This document shows positions 49,742-60,189 of a stretch of 64,000 bases of DNA, one piece after another. Each line of letters starts with the position of its first letter. Position 1 is the stretch's first letter. A program made the translations under genes and the position numbers. The stretch is taken from the NCBI GenBank assembly GCA_937876225.1, contig CALFIC010000078.1:20402-84401 (forward strand). Direction: 5' to 3'. The notes under the pieces were generated by a model, which saw nothing but the letters and a program-made list of their open reading frames with translations, was not told the DNA's origin and ran no database searches. The stretch comes from an uncultured Chloroflexota bacterium. Lineage in GTDB: Bacteria > Chloroflexota > Chloroflexia > Chloroflexales > Roseiflexaceae.

Positions 49742-50626
49742 CTACGGACGCGCAATTAGATTATTCAGCCATTGTTCCATGCTCAAGGTGAATTGGGCTA
49801 GCGAGGTTTGGCGCGTCCATTCACTAATAGTCGTTAGGTTCCCCGTTGCCAATAACAATCCCATCAGAATCAACAAGGCGCCACTCGCCATACTGGTGGT
49901 GTGGAGCATGATTTCGCGTCCGGCAATCGTGACGAAGTAGGCTCGCCCTTTGATGAGCTGCCAAAACTTAGAACCGGTGCCGAGTTTACTAAAAAACGAC
50001 GCAATGATGATTAATGGCGTCCCTAACCCGAGCGCATAGACAAATGCCAACAAGGCTCCTTGCAGGACGGCAATTCCTTGGGTGGCGAGCAGGGTCAAAA
50101 GGGCGCCGAGGATGGGGCCGACACAGGCGGACCAGCCAAGCGAAAAGGTCGCACCATACAAAAACGACCCTAATACCCCTTGGACCGGGCGGTCTTGGAG
50201 TTGAATGCCACTAAAGCCAATCCCCAAGAAACTAAGTACCCCAAAGCCAATAATCAAAATCCCACCTAGCGTGGTCAAGAGTGACAAATACTGAAATAAA
50301 AAACGACTCAGGGCGGTGGCACTTGCCCCAAACAGCACCATGGTGGTGGCTAGCCCACAAAAGAATGCGATGGACATCAACGTGACATGTTCTTTTTTGG
50401 TCTGAAACGTAAAGGCAAAATAGGCAGGTAGGATTGGTAATGTACACGGTGACAAGAAACTTAATAAGCCGGCCAAAAATGTGACGGGAATCAATACGCC
50501 GATACCGTTTTGGGATGAACTGAGCAATGAATTATTGGGGGTGGTTACAATTATTGCAATCACCGCCACGACAATGACGCCCAAAACCCCCCACAACAGC
50601 GGTCGCCATGAATTTTTTGTCGTCAT
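49742..50626 (-). CDS. ccdA: Cytochrome c biogenesis protein CcdA / DsbD transmembrane-domain family
   Basis: Internal ATG (MTTKNSW) of ORF 49742..50662. It is polytopic, with the two conserved Cys regions (LSPCTLPILPAY and GWSACVGPILG). Confidence 0.8.
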   Translation of the reverse strand: MTTKNSWRPLLWGVLGVIVVAVIAIIVTTPNNSLLSSSQNGIGVLIPVTFLAGLLSFLSPCTLPILPAYFAFTFQTKKEHVTLMSIAFFCGLATTMVLFGASATALSRFLFQYLSLLTTLGGILIIGFGVLSFLGIGFSGIQLQDRPVQGVLGSFLYGATFSLGWSACVGPILGALLTLLATQGIAVLQGALLAFVYALGLGTPLIIIASFFSKLGTGSKFWQLIKGRAYFVTIAGREIMLHTTSMASGALLILMGLLLATGNLTTISEWTRQTSLAQFTLSMEQWLNNLIARP

Positions 50627-50693
50627 GTCGAATGCCTTTCTTTGAAAACGAAACAGTAACACGTATAACAGAATTACTTATAATCGCAAACGA

Positions 50694-51734
50694 TTAGTGG
50701 TGCGCAATGATGTGTTGGGCGATATTCATGCCATGTTCCATGGCCAAATGAATTCGACCCAGACCTGCCAATGCGTCTCCGGTGAAGTATAACCCATCTG
50801 ATTGCTCATATGTTTCTAATATGGTCTGGTCGGCTTTGCCATTGGGTTGGGCGTACTTCCAGCCTTGGCGATCAAGCCACAATGGTGATGGTAGTGCGCT
50901 ACCGAGCAGTTGATTGAGGCGTGGCATGAGTTCGGTGATAAGTGTTGTTTCATCGGCCTGCCACCAATCATTGCTGGCTGCGGGGGCGAGTTGGATGGTA
51001 ATGAGCGTTTGCCCGGCAGGGACGCGGCTAGGATCTTTGTCGTGTTCTAACGCCACCCACGAGAATGGATGTTGGCGGTCGCTATTTACCATGGCATAAA
51101 ACGGGAATTCAATCCGACCATCGAAGGCCATGGTAATGCTCAAACACGGACGATAGTGGGCTGGGGCGAGACCGCTACAGAGGTGGTCAATCATGGCTGG
51201 ATCTAGTTGGCTAGCCTGCAAAATTTCTATGGTTTGCGGTGCCGGTGGCGTAAACAATAGCGCATCTCCATGCGTAATCACGTTGTTTTGGTCATCGATA
51301 CAATCATAGCCGGTCGCAGTTTTGACCACATGGTGGAGGCGAGTTTGTAATGACACCGTAAGCTCTTTGGGGGCGAGTAATTTGGCGAGGTAATTCATGC
51401 CCGAGCGGTAGACCAATTTGGGGGCGTTGTTTTGGGCCGGGTCACCAGCAGATATCTGATTGTACTGGTCAAAAACACCTACTGGTTTGCTGATGTCGAT
51501 GAGTTGATCGTGGGGTAGTGTTTGCGTTAAAAATGCTAATTGGTCGCTATCACTGGTGCGAAAGAATTGGGCACCATGGTCGAAGGTAGCGCCATTGCGG
51601 CGGCGGGTGGCGGCACGCCCTCCGAGCCCGCGGCTTTTTTCGATGCAATGGAGTGCGATGAGGGGGGCTTGTTGGTTGATTGTGTAGGCGGCCGTGAGCC
51701 CACTGACGCCGGCACCGATGATAATAAGCTTCAT
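50694..51734 (-). CDS. FAD-dependent oxidoreductase (amine oxidase/renalase-like)
   Basis: The ATG at 51734 follows GAGGAAG. The translation starts MKLIIIGAGVSGLTAAY (dinucleotide-binding fold). Confidence 0.8.
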   Translation of the reverse strand: MKLIIIGAGVSGLTAAYTINQQAPLIALHCIEKSRGLGGRAATRRRNGATFDHGAQFFRTSDSDQLAFLTQTLPHDQLIDISKPVGVFDQYNQISAGDPAQNNAPKLVYRSGMNYLAKLLAPKELTVSLQTRLHHVVKTATGYDCIDDQNNVITHGDALLFTPPAPQTIEILQASQLDPAMIDHLCSGLAPAHYRPCLSITMAFDGRIEFPFYAMVNSDRQHPFSWVALEHDKDPSRVPAGQTLITIQLAPAASNDWWQADETTLITELMPRLNQLLGSALPSPLWLDRQGWKYAQPNGKADQTILETYEQSDGLYFTGDALAGLGRIHLAMEHGMNIAQHIIAHH

Positions 51735-51872
51735 AAATCTTCCTCTTGCATTATTCAACATATACGATTACAATTATGTAGTATAAGGTCTTCCTTAATC
51801 AACCCCTGACCTCGGCTTAATATCGCGATCACGATAGGACATTCCTATCTACGATTAACGTGGAGTTTGCGT

Positions 51873-52877
51873 ATGGCGCCTTTGTTAGATGTCCGCAACC
51901 TAGAGACGCAGTTTAAAACACAAGACGGCGTTGTCAAGGCTGTCAACAACGTGTCGTTTTATGTGAATCGCAGTGAGACGCTTGGTATTGTGGGTGAATC
52001 TGGCTCAGGGAAAAGTGTCACGTCACTTTCACTGATGCGACTCATCCCCAGCCCACCAGGGAAAATCACTGGCGGTCAAATTTGGTTTGATGGTCAGGAT
52101 TTGCTCACCCTGAGCGAAGACAAGATGCGCGAGCTACGTGGCAATCGTATCGCCATGATTTTTCAAGATCCCATGACATCGCTCAACCCGGTATTGACCA
52201 TTGGTCAGCAAATTGTTGAGTCGTTGATTTTGCACTTGAAATTATCCGCCAAAGAAGCCCAAGCCCGTGCGATTGAGCTCTTGAACATGGTTGGTATTCC
52301 GGGGTCCGCACGCCGGATCAACGAATATCCCCACCAGTTTTCGGGCGGGATGCGTCAGCGCGTCATGATTGCTATGGCTCTGGCCTGCAACCCCGAATTG
52401 TTGATTGCCGACGAGCCGACGACCGCCCTTGACGTGACCATCCAAGCCCAAATCCTTGAGCTCATCAAAAAGCTCCAAGCCGAATTGGGTATGGCGGTGA
52501 TTATCATCACCCATGACTTGGGTGTCGTGGCAGGGATGTCAGACCGCGTGATGGTAATGTATGCCGGTCGGGTTGTTGAAGAAGGCGCCACCGGCGACAT
52601 CTTTAAGAATCCGCGTATGCCCTATACCATCGGTTTGCTCAAATCGATTCCCCGGCTCGACAATGTGTCAGGGAAGCGCTTAGAGCCTATCCGCGGGTTA
52701 CCACCCGATTTGATTACATTACCACAGATTTGTGCATTCAGCGCACGCTGTGATTACTTCAAGGCCGGGTCATGCGATACACAGGTACCGCCGCTCCGTA
52801 GTGTTGGCGATAAACACAATGCCGCGTGTCTGTTTGACATCACGCTTGAAACAGCGGTGAACGAGGCTGTATCGTAG
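51873..52877 (+). CDS. oppD: Oligopeptide/dipeptide ABC transporter ATP-binding protein (OppD/DppD-like)
   Basis: The ATG at 51873 follows TGGAG (the track starts at TTG 51867). Motifs are [16 protein letters not shown] and [12 protein letters not shown], plus a C-terminal oligopeptide-type extension with Cys residues. Confidence 0.9.
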   Translation: MAPLLDVRNLETQFKTQDGVVKAVNNVSFYVNRSETLGIVGESGSGKSVTSLSLMRLIPSPPGKITGGQIWFDGQDLLTLSEDKMRELRGNRIAMIFQDPMTSLNPVLTIGQQIVESLILHLKLSAKEAQARAIELLNMVGIPGSARRINEYPHQFSGGMRQRVMIAMALACNPELLIADEPTTALDVTIQAQILELIKKLQAELGMAVIIITHDLGVVAGMSDRVMVMYAGRVVEEGATGDIFKNPRMPYTIGLLKSIPRLDNVSGKRLEPIRGLPPDLITLPQICAFSARCDYFKAGSCDTQVPPLRSVGDKHNAACLFDITLETAVNEAVS

Positions 52878-52924
52878 TGAATTTGTAAACGCAGACGCAA
52901 CGCAAACAAACGGAGGAAAGCGGC

Positions 52925-53941
52925 ATGACTGCAGTCAAAACTCAAGACATTATTGAAGTAAGTAATCTAAAGATGTACTTTCCTGTGACCAAGGGCATTG
53001 TGCTCCGTCGCAAGATTGGTGATGTCAAAGCCGTTGATGGCTTAACATTTAGCATTCGCGAAGGCGAAACCCTGGGGTTGGTGGGCGAAAGTGGTTGTGG
53101 CAAATCCACCACCGGTCGCGCATTGATTCAGCTCTACAAACCAACGGAAGGTTCGGTCATGTTCCGCGGCGTCGATTTAACTAAATTGCCTGCCGAAGAA
53201 ATGCGCCGCACCCGTCGCAAAGTACAGATGATCTTCCAAGATCCGTACGCATCACTCAACCCCCGTATGACCGTCGGCGATATCATCGCCGAACCAATTC
53301 GCGTCCACAAGCTACGCCAAGGCAAGGAAGCGGTGCGTGAACGGGTCCAAGAACTCTTGGCGTTGGTTGGGTTGAACCCCTATTTCATCAATCGTTACCC
53401 CCACGAGTTCTCGGGTGGTCAACGCCAGCGCATTGGTATCGCTCGTGCGTTGGCTGTGGAACCAGAATTTGTGGTCTGTGACGAGCCGGTATCAGCGTTG
53501 GACGTGTCGATTCAAGCCCAAATCCTCAATTTGCTTGAAGATTTGCAAGACAAATTAGGTTTGACCTATTTGTTCATTGCGCACGGCTTGGCCGCAGTGA
53601 AGCATATCAGTGATCGTGTTGCAGTGATGTATTTGGGCAAAATCGTCGAAATTGCCGATGGTAATGCGCTCTACAAAAACCCAACCCATCCCTATACGCA
53701 AGCATTGTTGTCGGCGGTACCCATCCCTGATCCCGAAGTTGAGCGGACGCGTAAGCGTATTATCTTGTTCGGTGATGTGCCAAGTCCTTTCAATCCACCG
53801 GCAGGGTGCCGATTTCACACTCGCTGTCCTATCGCAATTGACAAGTGCAAAAGCGAAGAGCCACCGTTGGTTGATATGGGCGATGGCCACATGGTGTCGT
53901 GCTGGCGTATGCAAGAATCCGTCACACTGATGCAACGCTAA
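52925..53941 (+). CDS. oppF: Oligopeptide/dipeptide ABC transporter ATP-binding protein (OppF/DppF-like)
   Basis: 338 aa, with GGAGGAAAG upstream. Motifs are [17 protein letters not shown] and [12 protein letters not shown], with a C-terminal CRFHTRCP motif. Confidence 0.9.
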   Translation: MTAVKTQDIIEVSNLKMYFPVTKGIVLRRKIGDVKAVDGLTFSIREGETLGLVGESGCGKSTTGRALIQLYKPTEGSVMFRGVDLTKLPAEEMRRTRRKVQMIFQDPYASLNPRMTVGDIIAEPIRVHKLRQGKEAVRERVQELLALVGLNPYFINRYPHEFSGGQRQRIGIARALAVEPEFVVCDEPVSALDVSIQAQILNLLEDLQDKLGLTYLFIAHGLAAVKHISDRVAVMYLGKIVEIADGNALYKNPTHPYTQALLSAVPIPDPEVERTRKRIILFGDVPSPFNPPAGCRFHTRCPIAIDKCKSEEPPLVDMGDGHMVSCWRMQESVTLMQR

Positions 53942-53958
53942 ACGTAGTTTGTTTTTTG

Positions 53959-53998
53959 ATACGGATGGAACCAGTACGGTTCCATCCGTATTTTTTTG
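53959..53998 (+). terminator. Strong rho-independent terminator after oppF
   Basis: 14-bp perfect stem ATACGGATGGAACC / GGTTCCATCCGTAT with a 5-nt loop, followed by seven T. Confidence 0.88.
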
Positions 53999-54060
53999 TT
54001 TCACCACACTAACGACAAATGATTATGTATAATAAAAAAGGAAAAGAAGAAGGAGAGAAA

Positions 54061-56211
54061 ATGCTAGATGAGACATTTCAATTAATCCGGGCACTACCGG
54101 GAGTGGCTGGCGTAAAAGCGACCACAAATGACCACGGTGTGGTGGTGCAATGTCGCAGTGACGCGAATGTCGTGTCGTTGCGACAGATATGTGATAATGC
54201 AAATTTAGCACTCGTTATTGAGCATGTAGAAGCCGAAATCACCCCCGAAGAAGCGGAAATTGCAGATTTGCCGCAAATGATTCGGTTTACAATTACTTGC
54301 TTGATTGCTACGGCAATTGGTTGGATACTGGATGGTCGTGACAATATATCGTTTTGGATTCCGGCAGCGTTTTATATTGTCGCCTATGGGTTTGGTGGCT
54401 ATTATAGCCTGCTCGATTCAATTGATTCACTCAAAAAACGCGAATTCGATGTCAACACCTTGATGATTGTCGCGGCCTTAGGGGCTGCGGCCATGGGCGA
54501 GCCACGCGAAGGCGCGTTGTTGATGTTTTTGTTTTCGTTGTCAGGCACACTCGAAACCTATGCGATGGGGCGCACCCACGCCTCGATTCGTTCGTTAATT
54601 GCCATGACTCCCCGTGAAGCCGAGTTGTTGATTGCTGGCGAAACACGGATCACGTCGGTCGAAGCCATCGTCCCCGGAGATGTAGTGTTGGTGCGCCCAG
54701 GAGCCCAAATCCCCGCTGACGGATTGATTCGGGCGGGGGCGTCGACGGTCAATGAGGCATCGATTACTGGTGAGTCAATGCCCGTTGAAAAAACCCACGG
54801 CGCCAAAGTGTTTGCCGGGACGTTGAATGGTCAAGGGGCGCTCGAAGTCGAAGTGACCGCTGATGCATCACAATCAACACTGGCCCGAATTGTGTCGGTG
54901 GTGCGTGAAGCACGCGAACAAAAAGCTAATAGCCAAGACTTCACCGATCGCGTGATTGGTGTTTATTATGCCTATGCCGTCGTGATCGTCACGTTATTGG
55001 CCATCGCGGTTGGGCGGATATTTTTGGATGAGGCCTGGTCCGCAACGATCTATCGTGCCATGACATTGATGGTGGTGATGTCGCCATGTGCCCTAGTAAT
55101 TTCAATTCCGGCTGCGTTGTTGTCGGCGTTGGCCCGGGCTGCTCGTGATGGAGTGTTGTTTAAGGGAGGGCGCCAACTCGAGGCGGCAGCGACAATTAAA
55201 GTCGTGGCCTTTGACAAAACGGGTACATTGACAACAGGTCGTCCAGGCGTAGTCGCGATTATTCCTGTCGGTGGACCAGGGCGACTCCATACTATGACGA
55301 CGATTCCTGATACCCAAACAGTCCCTCCCGATGATCAAATGGGTGAATTAACTGCTGACCAGATGTTGCTGTTGATGGTTGCAGCGGCAGTTGAACAATC
55401 ATCTGAACATCCCTTGGCACGGGCGGTTGTGTTGAGTGCTAAAGAACGTGGCTTGCCAATCCCCGAAGCGAGTGAATTCAAAGCGGTAATTGCGGCGGGT
55501 GCGACGGCGTTGGTCAATGGGCAACGATTGCGGGTTGGCAAACCAATGTTGTTTGGCATGGTGACCCCCGATGTGATGATTGAAGTCCAAGCCCAACAAC
55601 GCAACGGTAATACCGTCATTGCGGTTGGCTCAGACGATGAAGTATGGGGCTTGATTGCTATCGCCGACACGATTCGTCCTGAAGCCCAAAAAGCATTGCG
55701 TGATTTGCGTGCCAGTGGCTATCGTTTGGCGTTGTTGACCGGTGATAACGAACATGTGGCCCGGGCATTAGCCAAAGATTTGGGTTTGGACGATGTGCGC
55801 GCCGAATTATTACCCCAAGACAAAGTCGAAGCGGTGCGTGATTTGCAAACGCGCTATGGTCCAGTGGCAATGATTGGTGACGGCATCAACGATGCGCCGG
55901 CGCTGGCGACTGCGGCCTTGGGTGTGGCTATGGGTACGGGTGGTACAGATGTGGCGCACGAAAGCGCCGACGTCGTATTGATGCGCGATGACTTAAGCCG
56001 GTTGGCAAGTGCCTTGCATTTAGCGCGCAGTGCCCAATCGGTGGTGTTGCAAAATCTTATTTTTGCATTTGCGGTGATTGCCACATTAGTGATTTTTACA
56101 CTCAAGGGTGATATGATTTTGACATACGGGGTGATTGGTCACGAAGGAAGCACGTTGTTGGTGGTAGCAAATGGATTGCGCATGTTGATCCCGGCCCGCA
56201 ACGCACAATAA
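54061..56211 (+). CDS. Heavy-metal P1B-type ATPase with SPC and HEGST signatures (P1B-4-like, Co/Zn-type)
   Basis: The ATG at 54061 follows AGGAGA. Motifs are DKTGTLT, GDGINDAPAL, TM motif MSPCAL and C-terminal TM motif HEGSTLLVV. The N-terminal domain of about 70 aa has no CxxC. Confidence 0.9.
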   Translation: MLDETFQLIRALPGVAGVKATTNDHGVVVQCRSDANVVSLRQICDNANLALVIEHVEAEITPEEAEIADLPQMIRFTITCLIATAIGWILDGRDNISFWIPAAFYIVAYGFGGYYSLLDSIDSLKKREFDVNTLMIVAALGAAAMGEPREGALLMFLFSLSGTLETYAMGRTHASIRSLIAMTPREAELLIAGETRITSVEAIVPGDVVLVRPGAQIPADGLIRAGASTVNEASITGESMPVEKTHGAKVFAGTLNGQGALEVEVTADASQSTLARIVSVVREAREQKANSQDFTDRVIGVYYAYAVVIVTLLAIAVGRIFLDEAWSATIYRAMTLMVVMSPCALVISIPAALLSALARAARDGVLFKGGRQLEAAATIKVVAFDKTGTLTTGRPGVVAIIPVGGPGRLHTMTTIPDTQTVPPDDQMGELTADQMLLLMVAAAVEQSSEHPLARAVVLSAKERGLPIPEASEFKAVIAAGATALVNGQRLRVGKPMLFGMVTPDVMIEVQAQQRNGNTVIAVGSDDEVWGLIAIADTIRPEAQKALRDLRASGYRLALLTGDNEHVARALAKDLGLDDVRAELLPQDKVEAVRDLQTRYGPVAMIGDGINDAPALATAALGVAMGTGGTDVAHESADVVLMRDDLSRLASALHLARSAQSVVLQNLIFAFAVIATLVIFTLKGDMILTYGVIGHEGSTLLVVANGLRMLIPARNAQ

Positions 56212-56231
56212 AATTGGAATGAGAGGGCGAG

Positions 56232-56801
56232 ATGTCGATTAAAGCAGATCGTTGGATTCGGCAGATGGCGGTAGAACATGGCATGATTGAGCCATTTGTT
56301 GACCGCCAAAAACGCGAAGGGGTCATTTCGTACGGATTATCCTCCTATGGCTATGACATGCGGGTCTCTGATGAATTCAAGATTTTCAGTACCAGTCCAT
56401 ACAACACCGTAGTCGACCCCAAAAACATCGACGATCGGATTTTTCAACACTTCAAAGGGGATGTGTGCATTATTCCGCCCAATAGTTATGCGTTGTGTCA
56501 CTCGCTGGAATACTTTCGCATTCCGGCAGATGTGCTGGTATTGGTGATTGGCAAATCAACCTATGCGCGGGCGGGGATTATTGTCAATGTCACCCCAGGA
56601 GAACCAGGTTGGGAAGGGCAATGGACGATTGAAATCAGTAATTCAACCCCACTGCCCGCCAAAATTTATGCCAACGAAGGGATTGCACAATGTCTCTTTT
56701 TCCAAGGAGATGAATTATGTGAAACGTCGTATCGGGATAAATCAGGTAAATACCAAGGACAACGCGGGATTGTATTGCCACGGGTTGAAGGGATTCAATA
56801 A
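56232..56801 (+). CDS. dcd: dCTP deaminase
   Basis: 189 aa, housekeeping-size Dcd. Translation [22 protein letters not shown]...SYGYDMRV...[12 protein letters not shown]. Confidence 0.92.
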   Translation: MSIKADRWIRQMAVEHGMIEPFVDRQKREGVISYGLSSYGYDMRVSDEFKIFSTSPYNTVVDPKNIDDRIFQHFKGDVCIIPPNSYALCHSLEYFRIPADVLVLVIGKSTYARAGIIVNVTPGEPGWEGQWTIEISNSTPLPAKIYANEGIAQCLFFQGDELCETSYRDKSGKYQGQRGIVLPRVEGIQ

Positions 56802-56808
56802 GCATATT

Positions 56809-56837
56809 TTGCCCGTTGTAATGAATTAGCGTATAAT
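56809..56837 (+). promoter_or_regulatory. Sigma-70-like promoter TTGCCC-17 nt-TATAAT upstream of the RodZ-like gene
   Basis: TTGCCC at 56809-56814 and TATAAT at 56832-56837. Confidence 0.3.
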
Positions 56838-56919
56838 GTTCAGTATCTCATCAAAGATGCTGTGAACATGTAGTCCGATCAAGCTGTGGGTATTGTTGTC
56901 TCGTGGAAGATGAAGTGAT

Positions 56920-57717
56920 ATGAGTGAATTAGGTGACCGCTTACGAGCGGCCCGCGAATCTCAGGGCATAAGTTTGTCACAAGCTGCTGCAGAAACGCGC
57001 ATCCTGCAACGTTATTTGGTTGCCCTCGAAGAGGGTGATTACAAATACTTGCCAGGCGACGTGTATGCACGCGGCTTTATCCGCAATTATGCGCTCTATC
57101 TCAAAATTCCCGTTGAAGAATTAATTCAACTCTACCGTTACGAACGTGGTCGTACGGAGCCGATCGTGATACGACCGGCTGTGGTTGCGCCGCGGATTCG
57201 CGGGGCGGTACTTCCCAATGTGTTTGGGGTGTTTTTTGTGGTGTTGACAATCGTTGGGTTGGGGTATTTGGTGCTACGCGGCGTCGAATTCCTCAATGTA
57301 CCATCCAACGCAACGAATGTCGTTGCCACAGATGCAACCGCAACGATTGCGGTAATCGCACCAACTCCCATGCCTGCAGATCCAACTGCTCCGGCTGAGC
57401 CAACTGCAGTCGTGGCACAACCAGTCGCCCAAACAGCGACCATGGCGGTGACCCCCACACTCGAAGCGCCAATCGTATTGGGTATCAAAATCGACGACGG
57501 CCAAAACCCAGGATCATGGATAAATGTCAAAATTGACAATAAATCTGTGTTTCAGCGTGTACTCAAAGCAGGAGAATCGTTGCGTTACACGGCGCAACGA
57601 ACCGTATGGGTGCGGGCTGGTAATGCCTATGTGGTCACCGTCAATGTGAATGGCGTCGATCAACGTTTGAGTACGACACCGGGTGACGTGGTATCGTTTT
57701 CTTGGCCACCGCCCTAA
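56920..57717 (+). CDS. RodZ-like protein (XRE-type HTH, TM segment, Pro/Thr/Ala linker, DUF4115-like C-terminus)
   Basis: 265 aa. Translation LGDRLRAARESQGISLSQAAAETRILQRYLVALEEGDY, TM helix VFGVFFVVLTIVGLGYLVL, C-terminal VWVRAGNAYVVTVNVNG. Confidence 0.72.
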   Translation: MSELGDRLRAARESQGISLSQAAAETRILQRYLVALEEGDYKYLPGDVYARGFIRNYALYLKIPVEELIQLYRYERGRTEPIVIRPAVVAPRIRGAVLPNVFGVFFVVLTIVGLGYLVLRGVEFLNVPSNATNVVATDATATIAVIAPTPMPADPTAPAEPTAVVAQPVAQTATMAVTPTLEAPIVLGIKIDDGQNPGSWINVKIDNKSVFQRVLKAGESLRYTAQRTVWVRAGNAYVVTVNVNGVDQRLSTTPGDVVSFSWPPP

Positions 57718-57764
57718 ATCGTTCGAGGCAATCCGCATGGTGTACACGAATTACATACGATATC

Positions 57765-57791
57765 ACGCGGGGGCGCGATGTTCCCCCGCGT
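57765..57791 (+). terminator. GC-rich hairpin after the RodZ-like gene (weak terminator candidate)
   Basis: ACGCGGGGG / CCCCCGCGT 9-bp stem with a 9-nt loop. No clear T-tract follows. Confidence 0.3.
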
Positions 57792-57812
57792 CGTTGTGCA
57801 AAGGAGCATCAA

Positions 57813-58310
57813 ATGGCTAGTGAGAGTAGTTTTGATGTGGTGTCAGAGTTTGATCGTCAAGAAATGGTCAACGCCATTGATCAGACCCGGCGTGAGGTGC
57901 AAACGCGCTATGATTTGAAAGATACCAATACGGATATCGAATTAAGCGACAAAGAAATCACCATCACCACCGAATCAGATATGCACTTGACGGCAATCCG
58001 CGATATTTTGCAGAGTAAGGCATTGCGCCGCAATTTATCAATTAAGATTTTCAAGTTTAATCCAGCCATTGAAGTTGCCGGTGGGCGGATGAAACAAGTG
58101 ATTACCCTGCAACAAGGGTTGTCGGATGAGGTCGCCAAAAAAATCCAACGCCTCATCAAAGACCAATTCCCCAAAGTCCAAGGCCGTATCCAAGGCGAAG
58201 CAATCCGGGTAGCTAGCAAAAGCCGCGACGATTTGCAAGGCATTATCGCTGTATTGCGCGAACGCGCCGATGAATTCCCGTTGCCGTTACAATTTACGAA
58301 TTATCGCTAA
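57813..58310 (+). CDS. yajQ: YajQ-family nucleotide-binding protein (UPF0234)
   Basis: The ATG at 57813 follows AAGGAG. The translation MASESSFDVVSEFDRQEMVNAIDQTRREVQTRYDLKD resembles the YajQ N-terminus. Confidence 0.88.
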   Translation: MASESSFDVVSEFDRQEMVNAIDQTRREVQTRYDLKDTNTDIELSDKEITITTESDMHLTAIRDILQSKALRRNLSIKIFKFNPAIEVAGGRMKQVITLQQGLSDEVAKKIQRLIKDQFPKVQGRIQGEAIRVASKSRDDLQGIIAVLRERADEFPLPLQFTNYR

Positions 58311-58336
58311 TAGACATACTAGGAAGACCGAACTAC

Positions 58337-59707
58337 ATGAAGGTCCACGTTATAACTCTTGGTTGTCCCAAAAATGCCGTTGACAGCGAAGGCATGACGG
58401 GCATTTTGGAATCACAAGGACATTTGTTGGTGGCAGACTCCAACCAAGCCGATGTGGTGATTGTCAATACCTGTAGCTTTATTGCGTCTGCACGTGAAGA
58501 AACAATTAACGTGTTGACCGAAATGGCTGGTCAAAAACATGCCGGTCAAAAACTGATTGCCGCCGGTTGTATGGCCGAAAGCCATGGTGATGTAGTGCGC
58601 GCAGTTGCTGGTGTCGATGCTATCCTCGGTACCCGCGAATGGATGCGGATTGGCGAAGTCGTTGGTATGCCACCGGCGTCGGGCGTCATTGCCCCCAAGT
58701 CGCTGATGATTGATTTGCAACAAGTCGACCCTACCGCCATTGACCTCAAGGTACCAGGCGATTATGCCGACTGGCGCACTGCAGCCATGGATCGCACGGT
58801 CAATGGTCCTTCGGCATATCTCAAAATCTCGGATGGCTGTAATTTGCGCTGTGCGTTTTGTACTATTCCGTCATTCAAAGGCGATATGCGCTCCAAACGC
58901 CCAGAAGCAATCATCCGCGAAGCAAGCCAACTCGTGGCCAAAGGGGTCAAAGAAATCGTGTTGGTGGCCCAACACCTCACCGATTATGGTCGCGATCTCG
59001 GCATGAAAGATGGTCTGGCTGATTTGCTCGACCAACTCTGTGCCGTGGTGCCGGCTGATCGTTGGATTCGCTTGATGTATGCCTACCCCCATGGTATTAC
59101 CCCACGCTTAATCGAAATAATGGCGAAATATCCGCAGATTTGCAAATATCTCGACATGCCATTGCAACATGCCCATACTGCCACGTTGCGGCGCATGCGG
59201 CGACCACCAGACATCGAACGCACCAAAACGATTATCCACGATTTGCGCGAGGCAATGCCCGATATTGCGATTCGATCAACATTCATTGTTGGTTTCCCCG
59301 GCGAAACCCGCGAGGAATTTGATGCCTTGCATGAATTCTTGGCCGAAATGACGCTTGACCGCGTCGGCGTGTTTCGCTATAGCGATGAACCAGGTACACA
59401 CGCTGCCACGCTCGAGGCCAAAGTGCCGCAAAAACAAATCGAACGTCGTTGGCACAAAATTATGCAACTCCAACAAACCGTGTCACAACAGCGCAATCGT
59501 GTCTGGCGTGGCCGTACGGTGAGTATGTTGGTGGAGGGTGTGGGGAGTGACGAAGATGGCAAGCCGATTTTGGTAGGGCGATCGTTCCGCGATGCCCCAG
59601 AAGTCGATGGGCAAGTATTTGCTCGTGGCAAAGGGACGATTGGCACGATTGTCAATGTCAAAGTAACAACCACAACCGATTATGATTTGTGGGGCACCAT
59701 CGTTTGA
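58337..59707 (+). CDS. rimO: Ribosomal protein S12 methylthiotransferase RimO
   Basis: 456 aa with an N-terminal MTTase Cys triad, the radical SAM motif CNLRCAFCTIP and a C-terminal TRAM domain. Confidence 0.92.
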   Translation: MKVHVITLGCPKNAVDSEGMTGILESQGHLLVADSNQADVVIVNTCSFIASAREETINVLTEMAGQKHAGQKLIAAGCMAESHGDVVRAVAGVDAILGTREWMRIGEVVGMPPASGVIAPKSLMIDLQQVDPTAIDLKVPGDYADWRTAAMDRTVNGPSAYLKISDGCNLRCAFCTIPSFKGDMRSKRPEAIIREASQLVAKGVKEIVLVAQHLTDYGRDLGMKDGLADLLDQLCAVVPADRWIRLMYAYPHGITPRLIEIMAKYPQICKYLDMPLQHAHTATLRRMRRPPDIERTKTIIHDLREAMPDIAIRSTFIVGFPGETREEFDALHEFLAEMTLDRVGVFRYSDEPGTHAATLEAKVPQKQIERRWHKIMQLQQTVSQQRNRVWRGRTVSMLVEGVGSDEDGKPILVGRSFRDAPEVDGQVFARGKGTIGTIVNVKVTTTTDYDLWGTIV

Positions 59708-59711
59708 CACC

Positions 59712-59746
59712 ATAAGCCCCACAGCATTCGATGCCGCGGGGCTTAT
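59712..59746. terminator. Hairpin between convergent rimO and the BlaI-like gene
   Basis: ATAAGCCCC / GGGGCTTAT 9-bp stem with a 17-nt loop that contains a small internal stem. T-rich sequence follows on the + strand. Confidence 0.35.
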
Positions 59747-59769
59747 ATGAGTATTTGTTGTTTGTCCGA

Positions 59770-60189
59770 TTAAGCGACGTGATGATTGTCGATGACTTGT
59801 CGGAGCCGCTCTAACCCTTGGGGGTTCTTGCGCACCAAAAAGTCAATCATGTAGTCAACAGCAGTATCGCTGTAGTCTGTCAACAAACCATCAAGGACTT
59901 GTTGTACTACCATGGTGACAAAGTCTTCTTCGCTTAAGGCTGGGTCATACACATAGGCCAATCCGTCACGCTGACGATTGAGCACACCCTTGTCGGCGAG
60001 CCGACTCATGGTTGTCATGACCGTGGTATAAGCAATGTCACGATTTAGGGCAAGGGCACGATGGACCTTTTTGACGGTGCTACATTTATCATGCCAAATC
60101 ACTTGCATGATATCTGTTTCTAGTGGCCCGAGCACCTTTACCAAGCCATCCTTGGCTGGGCTAAAGCGAAACCGGAGGTTCGGCGCCAT
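59770..60189 (-). CDS. BlaI/MecI/CopY-family transcriptional repressor
   Basis: The ATG at 60189 follows GAGGAG. The winged-helix region is GPLETDIMQVIWHDKCSTVKKVHRAL...DIAYTTVMTTMSRLADKGVL. Confidence 0.8.
   Translation of the reverse strand: MAPNLRFRFSPAKDGLVKVLGPLETDIMQVIWHDKCSTVKKVHRALALNRDIAYTTVMTTMSRLADKGVLNRQRDGLAYVYDPALSEEDFVTMVVQQVLDGLLTDYSDTAVDYMIDFLVRKNPQGLERLRQVIDNHHVA

Noticed and set aside
56232-56801. dCTP deaminase as an anti-phage nucleotide-depletion gene
   Set aside because: It is a 189-aa housekeeping-size Dcd with no fused kinase or other extra domain. It sits among core genes (rodZ-like, yajQ, rimO).
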